Source: an uncultured cyanobacterium (GTDB lineage: Bacteria > Cyanobacteriota > Cyanobacteriia > Cyanobacteriales > CAWUOF01). Taken from it: DNA of 64,000 nt. The stretch spans positions 544,001 to 608,000 of the forward strand of contig CAVUSO010000001.1 of the NCBI GenBank assembly GCA_963744145.1, read 5' to 3'. Of the stretch, positions 49,892-61,294 are shown piece by piece. Under the pieces are notes generated by a model. It was not told the origin of the DNA and ran no database searches. It saw only the letters and a list, made by a program, of their open reading frames with translations. Numbering within the stretch: the first letter of the stretch is position 1; each line of letters starts with the position of its first letter. Position numbers and translations under genes: made by a program.

Positions 49892-50967
49892 TGAATAATA
49901 AGAATCGGTAGACGGAATGCAAAAACCGCACCATGAGGAGAACGGTTTTCTGCCCAAATAGTACCACCATGTGTTTCGACAATTTGACGAGTTAAATATA
50001 ATCCTAACCCTGAACCTTTAGCTTGGCGATCACTATATCCTTGATAAAAGCGCTCAAATAAATATGGCAATTGTTCCGGAAGAATTCCCGCACCAGAATC
50101 GATAATTTTAGCAGTATGATAGCGGGAACCTGACTCTAAAACCACCTCCACTTTGCTACCCCGAAGAGAGTGGTTAATCGCATTAGTCAGTAGATTAGTA
50201 AACACCCGACTAAGTTGAAAAGCATCTCCATTGACCCAAAGAAACTGACGAAAATCTGAAGTACCATAGTTAAAAGAGATATGAACACGACGACTTAAAG
50301 ATAGTCCTACTAATGTGGTGGTGACATCATGAGCAATTTCGACTAGATCAACTGGTGCTAATTTAAGGTTTAATCCCTCAGTATCATTGCGATAAATATC
50401 TAAGAGTGTTTCTACCAGTTGTAAGCTAGTTTGATGACTGCGAATAATTGTTTCTATTACTACTTTTTGAGCAGGTTGTATCGAGCCTAAATATCCTCTT
50501 TGAAAAGCTTCTAAAGTTTCAATTGCTCCTAATAAAGGTGTTTTCAAATCATGGGTTAGTGTTGAAGCAAAATCCTCACGTAACAGAGCTAATTTTTCTT
50601 GAGCTTGCAATTTAGCTTCTTGTTGCAATAGTTTTTGGTGATACTTGTGATTGCGATCGCTCAGAATTGCAGTTACAATCAATGCGATCGCTGCAATTAA
50701 CCGACTCGCAATAGTTGATGCGATCGCTGGATAGTAACCAGGAATCCAAATATTCAAAATTGTCAACAGACAAGCGATCGCGGTTATTGACAAAGTTGCA
50801 ACTTGACCAAAACGATAATTGACTAGTAGTATTGGACCAATATACAGATAACCAAATACATAGTCTGGTGGAGTTGCAAACTCCATTACCCCAACAGTTA
50901 TCGATACTCCAATAATGAACCATAGGTTACCCAAAGGTAAACGTTTAAAAAGTTTTAAAAGTAGCAT
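49888..50967 (-). CDS. Membrane sensor histidine kinase divergent from kdp
   Basis: About 4 N-terminal TM segments, THDLKTPL, NAINHS, DSGAGI, GSGLGL. Confidence 0.88.
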   Translation of the reverse strand: MLLLKLFKRLPLGNLWFIIGVSITVGVMEFATPPDYVFGYLYIGPILLVNYRFGQVATLSITAIACLLTILNIWIPGYYPAIASTIASRLIAAIALIVTAILSDRNHKYHQKLLQQEAKLQAQEKLALLREDFASTLTHDLKTPLLGAIETLEAFQRGYLGSIQPAQKVVIETIIRSHQTSLQLVETLLDIYRNDTEGLNLKLAPVDLVEIAHDVTTTLVGLSLSRRVHISFNYGTSDFRQFLWVNGDAFQLSRVFTNLLTNAINHSLRGSKVEVVLESGSRYHTAKIIDSGAGILPEQLPYLFERFYQGYSDRQAKGSGLGLYLTRQIVETHGGTIWAENRSPHGAVFAFRLPILIIH

Positions 50968-51465
50968 TAGTTATTTTTATCACAATTATTTTGAGTTTAT
51001 TTTAACTGCAAACAATGGGCTATATGCCAACTTTTTTTTTGACCCTAAACGATTATATCGCCTGTATTTATATTAATCTATATCACCAGATATAGATCAC
51101 AGTAAGCACCTAAACAAAAATAAACGGTGATAGATCATAAAATTTTAAATCATTAAAACCATTGAAATTGCGTTGTTTCGCGCCATTTAGTCCCAGAGCA
51201 AGTGAGCAGCTAAATTATGTTATACTACTGATCCCAGATTAAACACAGAGAAGTTTAAAATATACATAAAAATATAAAACACTTTAACTAAAAAATTATA
51301 TCGATCGATATATTGTAGAAAATGAGTAAATTTTACACAATAGATTTTGTCGATCAACGAAATCAGCAATAAGACAAAACAAATAATCTACCTCATCTAA
51401 GCAAGGAACTTAGTTCTCCATTGATACCTTGTTTTTATTGATTACTAGCACAAAAATCCGAATGT

Positions 51466-53571
51466 ATGTCAATTTCAAAGAGTTCTTCTCCAATTAGTTC
51501 TCTCCCACTTCCGAAAGGACCTCGTGACGATCGCAAACACACTGCAAAAGTAAATACTAAAGGGTTGTATGAGAGAGCAATTAAGGATGCTTTTCTCAAA
51601 CTCCATCCTGGGATTCAAGTTAAAAATCCAGTCATGTTTGTAGTTTGGATTGGGACAATTATCACCGCAATCATGACCATCGATCCCAATATTTTTGGTT
51701 CTGTCCCAGGAGAAAATCAACACTTTTTCAATGGATTAATTACCTTCATCCTATTTTTCACAGTAGTTTTTGCTAACTTTGCTGAAGCAGTAGCGGAAGG
51801 ACGTGGTAAAGCTCAAGCTGATGCTTTAAGAGCAACTCGTACCGATACAATTGCACGGAAAATTCTCCCAGGTGGTGCGATTGAGCAAGTAAGTTCTACC
51901 GAATTACATCGGGGTGATCAAGTCAAAGTAATTGCTGGGGATATGATTCCCGCAGATGGAGAAGTTATTCAGGGAATTGCTTCTGTTGATGAATCAGCAA
52001 TTACAGGAGAATCTGCTCCGGTTTTAAAACAACCAGGAACAGATATTGCTAGTTCGGTGACAGGTGGTACTCAGATAATTTCTGATGAGCTAGTGATTCG
52101 AGTAACCTCTGATCCAGGAAAAGGTTTTATCGATCGCATGATTAGCTTAGTAGAAGGAGCAGAACGAACTAAAACTCCCAACGAAATTGCGCTGACTGTA
52201 TTACTTGCAGTGCTAACGCTAATATTTTTAGTAGTAGTTGCAACTATTCCCCCGATTGCGAATTACTCTAATAGTCCGGTTAGTATCGCGATTTTAATCT
52301 CCTTATTAGTCGCATTAATTCCTACTACTATTGGTGGATTATTAAGCGCGATCGGGATTGCGGGAATGGATCGAGTAGCACAGTTTAATGTAATTGCGAC
52401 TTCGGGTAGAGCAGTAGAAGCGTGCGGTGATATCAATACTTTAATTCTGGATAAAACCGGGACAATCACCCTGGGTAATCGTTTAGCAGATGAGTTTATT
52501 CCAGTTGGAGGACATTCTCTCAAAGAATTAGCAAGTATTGCTCTTGCAGCTAGCATATTTGATCAAACTCCAGAAGGAAGATCGATTGTGCAGTTAGCGG
52601 AAAAATTAGGAAATGAGGTGAATTTTAATCCTGACGAAGCAGAAGGAGTTGAGTTTTCTGCTCGGACTCGCATGAGTGGTACAGATTACGGTAATGGTAC
52701 AGAAGTACGCAAAGGAGCAGTAGATGCAATTAAAGGATTTGTAAAATCGCGGAGTGGTCGTATTCCTGTAGATTTAGATAGTGCTTATGAGCGAGTATCT
52801 AAATTAGGTGGAACTCCTTTAGCTGTTTGTGAAAATGGTGAAGTTTATGGAGTTATTTACCTCAAAGATATTGTTAAACCTGGTCTAAGGGAAAGATTTG
52901 ACCAGATGCGACGCATGGGTATTCGTACCATTATGCTCACCGGAGATAACCGGATTACTGCTTCGGTAATTGCTAAAGAAGCAGGTGTTGATGATTTCAT
53001 TGCTGAAGCTACTCCGGAAGACAAAATGGCTGTCATTCGTTCGGAACAAGCACAAGGAAAGCTAGTCGCAATGACCGGAGATGGTACAAATGATGCTCCC
53101 GCGCTAGCACAAGCAAACGTTGGTGTCGCAATGAATTCTGGTACTCAAGCAGCAAAGGAAGCTGCGAATATGGTGGATTTAGATTCTGATCCTACCAAAC
53201 TAATCGATATTGTCACCATTGGTAAACAACTACTAATTACCCGAGGAGCGCTGACAACTTTTTCGATCGCTAATGATATTTCTAAATACTTTGCGATTAT
53301 TCCAGCTATGTTTACCGGAGTCGGGTTAGAAAGTTTGAATGTGATGGGATTAAAAAATCCCCAATCAGCAATTTTATCGGCTTTGATTTACAACGCTTTG
53401 ATTATTCCAGCATTAATTCCTCTCGCTCTAAAAGGGGTTCAATTTCGTCCCTTATCGGCGGATCAATTATTAATGCGAAATGTGCTGATTTATGGTGTTG
53501 GTGGCATAATTGCTCCCTTTATTGCCATCAAAATCATTGATGTACTGATTACCACAATTGATCTGGTTTAG
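51466..53571 (+). CDS. kdpB: K+-transporting P-type ATPase subunit B
   Basis: [33 protein letters not shown]. Confidence 0.97.
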   Translation: MSISKSSSPISSLPLPKGPRDDRKHTAKVNTKGLYERAIKDAFLKLHPGIQVKNPVMFVVWIGTIITAIMTIDPNIFGSVPGENQHFFNGLITFILFFTVVFANFAEAVAEGRGKAQADALRATRTDTIARKILPGGAIEQVSSTELHRGDQVKVIAGDMIPADGEVIQGIASVDESAITGESAPVLKQPGTDIASSVTGGTQIISDELVIRVTSDPGKGFIDRMISLVEGAERTKTPNEIALTVLLAVLTLIFLVVVATIPPIANYSNSPVSIAILISLLVALIPTTIGGLLSAIGIAGMDRVAQFNVIATSGRAVEACGDINTLILDKTGTITLGNRLADEFIPVGGHSLKELASIALAASIFDQTPEGRSIVQLAEKLGNEVNFNPDEAEGVEFSARTRMSGTDYGNGTEVRKGAVDAIKGFVKSRSGRIPVDLDSAYERVSKLGGTPLAVCENGEVYGVIYLKDIVKPGLRERFDQMRRMGIRTIMLTGDNRITASVIAKEAGVDDFIAEATPEDKMAVIRSEQAQGKLVAMTGDGTNDAPALAQANVGVAMNSGTQAAKEAANMVDLDSDPTKLIDIVTIGKQLLITRGALTTFSIANDISKYFAIIPAMFTGVGLESLNVMGLKNPQSAILSALIYNALIIPALIPLALKGVQFRPLSADQLLMRNVLIYGVGGIIAPFIAIKIIDVLITTIDLV

Positions 53572-53573
53572 TT

Positions 53574-53825
53574 ATGTTTTTACCAAAAAAGTTTGATTTT
53601 GAATTTATTTCAGTGCTGCGATCGCGCATCCAAAAATCTCCCATTTCTCTCCGCTTATTTTTGGCTTTGTGTTTCAATATAGTGTTTGCCAAAACAGTTT
53701 ATGCAGCAGCAAATACGGATGAAGTAACTCGATTAAATGCTTATGCAATTGGGTTATTGGGTTTAGTAACAATTGGTCTGGCAATTTACTTACTGGTTGT
53801 CATGTTTCAACCACAACGTTTTTAG
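53574..53825 (+). CDS. Extended KdpF-like (cyanobacterial KdpG-type) small subunit
   Basis: Two hydrophobic helices, with KdpF-like C-terminus IYLLVVMFQPQRF. Confidence 0.75.
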   Translation: MFLPKKFDFEFISVLRSRIQKSPISLRLFLALCFNIVFAKTVYAAANTDEVTRLNAYAIGLLGLVTIGLAIYLLVVMFQPQRF

Positions 53826-53843
53826 ATATTACTAGGAGAAAAA

Positions 53844-53927
53844 ATGACTGACCTGATTTATATATTTCTAGTGTTAGGTTGCTTTTCTACCTGTTTATGG
53901 CTAATTCGAGCCTTTAGTTGGTTGTAA
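53844..53927 (+). CDS. 27-aa single-helix membrane peptide in the kdp operon (not in the ORF track)
   Basis: AGGAG Shine-Dalgarno 5 nt upstream. [27 protein letters not shown] fills the gap before kdpA. Confidence 0.65.
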   Translation: MTDLIYIFLVLGCFSTCLWLIRAFSWL

Positions 53928-53940
53928 GGAAGAAATCTCC

Positions 53941-55656
53941 ATGATATTTGGTATCTCGCAAGTAGTGATTATTTGCTTAATCATCGCGATCGCTCTAGTT
54001 GTACCAGTTGGTAACTATCTCTATCAAGTTTTTACCGATCAACGAGACTGGTTACCCGAACGTTTTACCTATAAATTATTAGGTATTAATCCGAGAGAGC
54101 AGATGACTTGGCAACGTTATGCTCAAGCATTAGTCCTGTCTAATCTAGTACAGGTATTATTAATCTATGCTCTATTCCGATCGCAAGACTTTCTCCCCCT
54201 CAATCCAGACAACATCACTCCTGCTATGTCTCCGGACTTAGCATTTAACACAGCAATTTCCTTTGTCACTAATACCAACTGGCAATCCTATGGAGGTGAA
54301 ACCACTCTCTCCTACTTCAACCAGATGGTAGCAATTCAATTTCCCATGTTTGTCTCAGCTGCAACAGGGTTAGCAGCAGGAATTGCCACAGTTAGAGGTT
54401 TAAACCAGAGTGGTGTGAATCAATTAGGAAACTTTTGGGTAGATTTAATTCGCAGTATTTATCGCATCTTTTTACCGATTTGTTTCATACTAGCACTATT
54501 TTTTGTTTGGCAGGGAATGCCCCAAACTTTGGATGCTGCGGTCACAGCTACTACTTTAGAAGGTGCAACTCAAACGATCGCTCGCGAACCTGTTGCTAGT
54601 CTAGAATCAATTAAACACATCGGTACAAATGGCGGTGGATACTTCAACGTTAATGCAGCACATCCTTATGAAAATCCTACTCCCCTAACGGATACTCTGC
54701 ATATTTTCTCCATGCTATTAATTACCCCTGCTTTAACTTATACCTTCGGCAAATTGTTAAAACGAAGGAAACAGGGATGGGTCTTTTTTGGAGTATTTGC
54801 CGCACTATTCGTAATGTTTCTGCTGATTGCATTTCCCCTGGAACAATTAGGTAATCCCTTACTATCTCAAGCAGGAGTAGACCAAGTAGTTACCGACCTG
54901 CAAAGTGGTGGTAATATGGAAGGAAAAGAAATGCGATTTGGAATTGCTCAGACGAGCTTGTTTGTTGTAGCTACAACCGCAGCAACGACAGGTAGTGTCG
55001 ATGCTATGCACGACAGTCTGACGCCATTAGGTGGTCTGGTTCCTCTAGCAGAAATGATGCTTAACGTAGTATTTGGAGGTAAAGGTGTTGGTTTAATTAA
55101 CCTAATTCAGTACGCGATTATTACAGTATTTCTAGTTGGGCTAATGGTCGGACGCACTCCTGAATTTCTCGGCAAAAAAATTGAAGCCCGAGAAGTGAAA
55201 TTAGCCTCGGTTTCTTTGCTAGCTCATCCTACATTAATCTTGTCATTTTCAGCATTAGCGCTAGTTTGGCCCGATGCTCTCAAGAGTCTTGCTAATGCAG
55301 GACCTCATGGATTTAGCGAGATTCTTTACGCTTATACTTCTGCAACTGCAAATAATGGCTCTGCTTTTGCTGGATTAAATGCTAATGTTCCATTTTTCAA
55401 TATTACTCTGGGGTTAGCTATTCTCTTTGGTCGCTACCTCAGTCCGCTAATTCCCTTGTTAGCAGCATCAGGTTATCTAGCAGTAAAACCGAAAGTTCCT
55501 CCTAGTGCAGGAACCCTATCTACAGATACTCTTCTATTTGGTTCTCTGTTGTTTGCTACAATTCTGATTGTTGGTGGACTGACATTCTTTACTGGGTTAG
55601 CTTTAGGTCCAATCTCAGAACATTTCCAAATGGTAGCTGGAAAGACATTTTCCTAG
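53941..55656 (+). CDS. kdpA: K+-transporting ATPase subunit A
   Basis: [36 protein letters not shown] selectivity-filter motifs. Confidence 0.96.
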   Translation: MIFGISQVVIICLIIAIALVVPVGNYLYQVFTDQRDWLPERFTYKLLGINPREQMTWQRYAQALVLSNLVQVLLIYALFRSQDFLPLNPDNITPAMSPDLAFNTAISFVTNTNWQSYGGETTLSYFNQMVAIQFPMFVSAATGLAAGIATVRGLNQSGVNQLGNFWVDLIRSIYRIFLPICFILALFFVWQGMPQTLDAAVTATTLEGATQTIAREPVASLESIKHIGTNGGGYFNVNAAHPYENPTPLTDTLHIFSMLLITPALTYTFGKLLKRRKQGWVFFGVFAALFVMFLLIAFPLEQLGNPLLSQAGVDQVVTDLQSGGNMEGKEMRFGIAQTSLFVVATTAATTGSVDAMHDSLTPLGGLVPLAEMMLNVVFGGKGVGLINLIQYAIITVFLVGLMVGRTPEFLGKKIEAREVKLASVSLLAHPTLILSFSALALVWPDALKSLANAGPHGFSEILYAYTSATANNGSAFAGLNANVPFFNITLGLAILFGRYLSPLIPLLAASGYLAVKPKVPPSAGTLSTDTLLFGSLLFATILIVGGLTFFTGLALGPISEHFQMVAGKTFS

Positions 55657-55662
55657 AAAAAG

Positions 55663-55689
55663 AGAGACGTTCCACCGGAACGTCTCTAC
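55663..55689. repeat. REP-like hairpin between kdpA and kdpC
   Basis: AGAGACGTTCC-ACC-GGAACGTCTCT-AC. Confidence 0.65.
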
Positions 55690-55718
55690 AATCGTTGTTT
55701 ATTTTTTTGATAGGTTTT

Positions 55719-56363
55719 ATGGAAACTCAATCTCAAGGATCTTTGATTTCGCTGATTAAACCTGCTATCTTGGTTTCTCTGTGGCTATGTCTACTAACAG
55801 GATTAGTCTATCCTTTATTAACAACAGGTGTGGCTAATATTCTTTTCCCAGCTCAAGCTCAAGGTAGTTTAATTAAACTGAACGACAAGGTAATTGGTTC
55901 AGAATTGATTGGTCAAAATTTTACTAAACCAGAATATTTTCATCCTCGTCCTAGTGCTACTACTACTCCTGATCCAAATGATTCAACTAAGACAGTTCCT
56001 TTACCATATAATGCAGCTAATAGTGGTGGTAGTAATAATGGTCCTACTAATGAAAGCTTCATTAAAGGTGTGAAAGATGCAGTTGATGCTTATCGCAAGG
56101 AAAATGCTTTAGCAGCAGATGTTGTTGTACCTGTGGATGCAGTAACCGCTTCAGCTTCAGGTTTAGATCCTGATATTTCGATCGCTAATGCTAATATCCA
56201 AGCAAATCGTGTCGCTCAATCCCGTAATATTCCCGTTGAAAAAATCCAAAATCTGATTTCTAAAAATACTACAAATCGTCAATTGGGAATTCTCGGAGAA
56301 CCCCGTGTAAATGTTCTCAAACTAAATCTAGCTTTAGATGAGTTAAAATCTGCCAGTCTTTAA
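55719..56363 (+). CDS. kdpC: K+-transporting ATPase subunit C
   Basis: GSELIGQ, YFHPRPS, SASGLDPDIS, VNVLKLNLALD. ATG at 55719 preferred. Confidence 0.95.
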   Translation: METQSQGSLISLIKPAILVSLWLCLLTGLVYPLLTTGVANILFPAQAQGSLIKLNDKVIGSELIGQNFTKPEYFHPRPSATTTPDPNDSTKTVPLPYNAANSGGSNNGPTNESFIKGVKDAVDAYRKENALAADVVVPVDAVTASASGLDPDISIANANIQANRVAQSRNIPVEKIQNLISKNTTNRQLGILGEPRVNVLKLNLALDELKSASL

Positions 56364-56379
56364 GCAATAATTAGACCCA

Positions 56380-57120
56380 ACTATCTCACCGCGATCGCTG
56401 ATCCTACTAGGGCTAAAATTGGTGGTACAATCGGAATCCACCATTCATTCAAGAAAGCTACATAACCAATCCCAAATAAACTCACGACAGGTAATACCAA
56501 TTCACCATGAAGATACATTGATGTATATTGATCTGTGGGTGAGGGTGGGTTTTGATGATTAGTAGGTAAATGTCAAACATCTCGGTGAACCCGGGCGGGT
56601 TTTTCTAATTAATTGGTAAATTTCAAAAATCTGGGCGAACCCGCCCCTACTACAAAAACCCGCAAATAGAGGATAAAATTGGTAGGGGCAGGTTCACCAG
56701 TCAATTTTGCCACCAACAGATCACCATTATAAACCTGCCCTGGCCTAACAGATCAACCTCAGATTAAGTGCAATTTCATAGTTAATTGGTATAACAAAAT
56801 CCCAACTATAAATTGGAGAAAAAATTTAGCAACTCCTACTGTATATCGCCATTTCCAACTTAGGGTAGCACCTACCACAGACCAAGCAAAAATCCACCAA
56901 ATCTCTAGGGATTTAATCCAGGTTTTAATCAGAGGTCTTCCTGAAAGCACTGCGCTCAATATTTGGCTAACTGCGTTTGCATGAATTTCTACCCCTGAAG
57001 TTTGATCTGGTATTCCGATTAGAGTGCTACGATAAGGTGTGAGAAATAAATCTTTTTTACTTTCGGCAATTGAACCAATTAATATAATGCGATCGCGAAG
57101 CAAGTCTTGGGGAATTTTAT
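56380..57120 (-). pseudogene. Fragmented CHASE2 sensor gene remnant with inserted REP-like hairpins
   Basis: RDRIILIGS..S.KDLF.TPY, SGVEIHAN..SQILSA.L.GRPL, and a separate piece FLNEWWIPIVPPILAL near 56390-56460. Hairpins at about 56530-56745. Confidence 0.7.
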
Positions 57121-57522
57121 TGTCTTTTTTGAGCCGACAAAGGTTTCTAATTCATCTAATTCTCCCACCTCTGGAACTGTCTCTTGGTGTTCAAAATCTG
57201 ATAACTGGTTGCCGATTTGTTTAATCCAATACATAATGGTGGTATGGTGAACATTTTTAACTCTTTCAATTGCTCGTAAAGCCATCCCATTTACATACAT
57301 TCACTTTTGACAGTTTCAGAATAGCCTTTATGGGGTTTATAATCCTCGATAAATTGTCGACCACAGTTTTTACAAATATAGTTCTGTTTTCCTCGTTTAT
57401 GACCATTTTTATTGATATGAGTTGATTGACAGTTAGGACATGACCTGCTCTTACAGTATTGATAAGCGTCCTTTTTTTTATTATTCATATTCTATCCTAT
57501 CATCCCCTAATTCAGCAACGCC
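57120..57522 (-). mobile_element. IS1-family transposase remnant
   Basis: Zn ribbon CPNC...KNGHKRGKQNYICKNCGRQF, HTH RAIERV..VHHTTI..W, ELDELETFVGSKK. Frameshifted and truncated. End sequence GGCGTTGCTGAAT at 57522. Confidence 0.85.
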
Positions 57523-57603
57523 CCACTGGAATGTTATTAATGTGGGATCGTGGATTGCATTCTTATACATTTTAAGCAAAACTTCAAAAATCGATTGCTC
57601 TAC

Positions 57604-59295
57604 CTAAGCACCAGGTTTAAGATAGTCTAACAAGCGATCGCCAGAATCAACTCGAACTAAACCAACTACAACATCAGATAAAGATACTAAACTCGGATAA
57701 ATTAAATAGCGCGGTTCCCAAATTGGGTTAAATTTTTCTTTAAAAAAGTGCAGCCCTTTGAAATTATAGAAGTGATTCAAATGATCAGATAGATAACGAA
57801 ACACCTTTTCTAAACGAGGAGATTCGGGAGTTTCTCCCAGACCAGCTAAGGGTGATAAACTAAAATTAAATCCCTCATATCCCAGCTCCTGAAAATGTTT
57901 AAACATGGAAACAAATAAAAAGTGCATAGTACCGTTGGGAATATTTTGACAATGACGCATTAGATCCACTGTCACTTCTTTACGATTATACTTTCCTAGG
58001 AGGTTAGCAAAAGCAATAATCTGACCATCAGCGTTATAGACTACACCAATTTGACATTCCCGCAAATAGCTTTCATAAAACCAGCCCATGGAAAACTGCT
58101 TTTCCGATCCATTCATTAATTTCAGCCACTCATTACTCACCAAACGCAACTCCTCTAATAAATGTTTCGGAATCGGTGGTTCATAAAGTTCAAATTTATA
58201 ACCCTCCTTACTAAGACGATTCATTGCAGTTCTCAGATTTTGATTCTTTTTCCCTGACATGGAAAAATTCTTCAGATTGACAATTGCTTCTTCCCCAATT
58301 TTTAAAACTCGAAAACCTAGATCGCGGTATAATTCTACACTAGATGGTAAAACCTCATAAAAAGCCGCGTGCCAATCATGGCGATCGCAATATTGACTAA
58401 AAGCAATAATCGCTTCTTGGCGATCGTCATCTGGACCAATTGGATCTCCTAAAGCGATCGCCGCTCTTCCTTTTGCGACATAAGCAATCACACTGCGACC
58501 AGAAGGACTAAAATAGTAAGATTTATCACTTAATAACGACAGCCTGGCCAAAGAAGTTTGCCCATATTGATCGATAATCTCTCGCGCTCGCTGACGCTGT
58601 TGTTCTGTGGCACCATGACGCATCAACACCGGTCTTAATAACATTAATAACGCATAACTAACTGTGACAATTCCCACCGTATAAATCGAATTTGGGAAAA
58701 AATATCCAAACTTATTTGAGAAAGGATTTCCAAACCTAATTTTTGGTTGCAATCCAGCATTATCAGCCGTAAAAAACATGGCCAGAGTTTGCCATAATGC
58801 TTCCGGAATACTAAAATTAACCTGATATCTATCTACTAACAAGAAAAAACCTACTGTACCGTAGGCTAAAGTAAACACTAATGCTCCAATAAAAACCCTA
58901 ACCCCTTGAGCAATTGACGGACGATCTGATGCAGCATTGAATGTCTTACGCATTAATAGCAATTGGATCAGCAAAACGCTAGCTAGGGTGGTCTCTTCAT
59001 AGTCCAATCCTTTAATCATGTGAATAACTATCGAGATTACCAATAACCCGACAGTGATTACCCAAGCAACTTTCTTACGTCTTAATAAATTGCTAGCTAG
59101 GGTCAACAAAACAAAACCACTTAAGGCTGAAAATAAGTGGGCATTAGCGCGAACATAAAAAGGAAAAAGTGGTTTAAGAAATACAATCCGATCGGGTAAT
59201 CCAGGGTAGACCGCAGAGATTAAATTGACTAATCCGACTAAACCAGTTAAAAATGATGCCGTCCAAATCCCAATTCGAGTTCGCTGAGATAGCAT
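57604..59295 (-). CDS. MprF/LpiA-like aminoacyl-phosphatidylglycerol synthase domain protein
   Basis: N-terminal TMs (LLRRKKVAW), DKSYYFS, ALGDPIG, KIGEEA, VDLMR, YNFKGL..FKEKFNP.WEPRYL. Confidence 0.88.
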   Translation of the reverse strand: MLSQRTRIGIWTASFLTGLVGLVNLISAVYPGLPDRIVFLKPLFPFYVRANAHLFSALSGFVLLTLASNLLRRKKVAWVITVGLLVISIVIHMIKGLDYEETTLASVLLIQLLLMRKTFNAASDRPSIAQGVRVFIGALVFTLAYGTVGFFLLVDRYQVNFSIPEALWQTLAMFFTADNAGLQPKIRFGNPFSNKFGYFFPNSIYTVGIVTVSYALLMLLRPVLMRHGATEQQRQRAREIIDQYGQTSLARLSLLSDKSYYFSPSGRSVIAYVAKGRAAIALGDPIGPDDDRQEAIIAFSQYCDRHDWHAAFYEVLPSSVELYRDLGFRVLKIGEEAIVNLKNFSMSGKKNQNLRTAMNRLSKEGYKFELYEPPIPKHLLEELRLVSNEWLKLMNGSEKQFSMGWFYESYLRECQIGVVYNADGQIIAFANLLGKYNRKEVTVDLMRHCQNIPNGTMHFLFVSMFKHFQELGYEGFNFSLSPLAGLGETPESPRLEKVFRYLSDHLNHFYNFKGLHFFKEKFNPIWEPRYLIYPSLVSLSDVVVGLVRVDSGDRLLDYLKPGA

Positions 59296-59354
59296 AGTGT
59301 TTTTACTAAGGGTGAATTTGGTTCAAATTTAAGCTCAGGTAATTATGGGTTTAA

Positions 59355-60290
59355 TTACCAATTAATTTGAATATTTTCTTTAGTCAGAGTTGTTTTAAAC
59401 TCTTTACCAACATAACTTAATGAGTCATGGAGGTGTTTACGCCAATAATTCCACCCAACATCTTTACCAACAATACCATGCCCACCAGGAAAGATTTTAA
59501 ACTGATGACTGATCCCTAACCGTTCTAGAGTTTCGTGAAATTCTTTGGTAGCATCAAGGTACTGATGATCACTTTCTCCTGCATCTAGATATACTCGCAA
59601 CCGCTGATAGGTCTCTTCTGGTAATTCCTCAATAAAATCCTGGGGACTGTTAGCAAAACCGCTTTTATCAATAAAGTAGCCCGTATGGCTAAAAAAAATA
59701 TTAAAGTTATTCACATAACGTAACCCAATATTAAAAGCTCCCCAACCACCAGAAGAGAGTCCACCGATCGCCCAAAATCTAGGATCATCAAGAGTCCGAT
59801 AGCGAGATTTGACTACCTTTACTAATTCTGATCCGATCAACTTAGCTACATCTCCATTTGGTCCATCATAATATTGGGGGTCCCAAAATGGACTTGTCCC
59901 TCGTTTGTCATTTCCATCGGGGGTAATAATAATTGATGGAGGTAGCTTGGCAGTTCGGTAGAGTTCACGAATAATCACCGTAAAATTTGCTTTGTCCTCA
60001 TAGTCACGAGCAGTTCCATGTCCCCCATGTAAGAGAAAAATTACTGGGTATCGTTGGGTAGGATTGCTAAAGTAACTGGGAGGGAGAAGTATTCCGTAAT
60101 TGCGAATTTCACCCATCACCGCACTTTTAAAGGTTTTGACTTGAAAGATAAGTCCAGTATTTTTAGTGATAATTTTTGGCGCATCTAGTTGTGGGGCACC
60201 AGCAACTACAACATACCAATAAAGGACACCACCAATCAGGGTGATGCTAGTAGTAAATAGAAATATAAATTTAGTGAATGAGAATTTCAT
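59355..60290 (-). CDS. Membrane-anchored putative esterase (alpha/beta hydrolase)
   Basis: YPVIFLLHG, GLSSGG nucleophile elbow, PGGH. Confidence 0.85.
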   Translation of the reverse strand: MKFSFTKFIFLFTTSITLIGGVLYWYVVVAGAPQLDAPKIITKNTGLIFQVKTFKSAVMGEIRNYGILLPPSYFSNPTQRYPVIFLLHGGHGTARDYEDKANFTVIIRELYRTAKLPPSIIITPDGNDKRGTSPFWDPQYYDGPNGDVAKLIGSELVKVVKSRYRTLDDPRFWAIGGLSSGGWGAFNIGLRYVNNFNIFFSHTGYFIDKSGFANSPQDFIEELPEETYQRLRVYLDAGESDHQYLDATKEFHETLERLGISHQFKIFPGGHGIVGKDVGWNYWRKHLHDSLSYVGKEFKTTLTKENIQINW

Positions 60291-60681
60291 GAATTTTTGT
60301 TTTCCTACCCTTAATCAAAATGAAAATGCCAGAAAATCAAGTTTTTTATCAATCTGTTTGAAAATTTTATTGGTTTTTAATATGGCTGATTACTCTAGTC
60401 AAATCAATTAATCAGCTCGGGATTTTCTCAACTTTTGTGACCTGGCTCATCGGCTATACTAATTATAATTAAAAAATCTCCGGGTGTAATCATTGCCAAA
60501 AACAGATGCGATCGCCCTCTAGATTTATTTTCAGTGTCATCATCACCATGTTAGTAGTCAGGACTGTACTCCTGATCTTACCAGCAGCAAAGGAATTAAG
60601 TCTTTATTACTACCTCTAGACTTGGACGCAAGTCCCTACTACTAACCATGATTAGTTTACCGGAGCTACTCGGAAAATTTT

Positions 60682-61275
60682 TTAGATTTTGTCGTTTTTA
60701 TGCTCAAGTTTCCACAGACAACTAGAAACTAAATTAGTGACAATATGTGCCAAGATTGGTACTAGCAAATTGTCCGATACCAGGGCACTATATCCGAGTA
60801 ATAAGCCCACGATCGTCGCCCAAATTGCATAGGGCCATTGTTTGGCTCCACTCAAATGTAAGATCCCAAAACACATACTTGAGCCAATTACACCAGTAAT
60901 ATTTAGCCCTAAAGCGGACAGCATCACACCCCGAAATAGTAATTCTTCACTTAAACTGGGTAACAATCCTAGCCAGATTAAATCAGGCAAAAATAGAGGT
61001 TTGAGTACCAAAGCTAAGTAAAAATCTGCACTTTGGCGATAAGCCGGCCAGAGACGATAAACTAGGGAACTAGCAACAGCGATCGCTAAACCAATTCCAC
61101 TTCCTAATAACAGATCAATTCCTGTCCATTTAACAGGTAAGAGGGAAACTTTACTAAACTGCATCCATAATTTAGCGATGATCAGCAAGACTACCGCTGT
61201 TACCCCCATTGCTACCAGCACTTGGGTGCGGGTGAGGGGTTCGATTTCTGGCTCGTGAGGAAGTTTTTCTGCCAC
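60682..61275 (-). CDS. CPBP/Abi-family intramembrane protease
   Basis: EELLFRG, FGILH, H..TN. GTG start at 61275 avoids overlap with the upstream gene. Confidence 0.85.
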   Translation of the reverse strand: MAEKLPHEPEIEPLTRTQVLVAMGVTAVVLLIIAKLWMQFSKVSLLPVKWTGIDLLLGSGIGLAIAVASSLVYRLWPAYRQSADFYLALVLKPLFLPDLIWLGLLPSLSEELLFRGVMLSALGLNITGVIGSSMCFGILHLSGAKQWPYAIWATIVGLLLGYSALVSDNLLVPILAHIVTNLVSSCLWKLEHKNDKI

Positions 61276-61294
61276 CTTTGCTTGAATAATGGGG

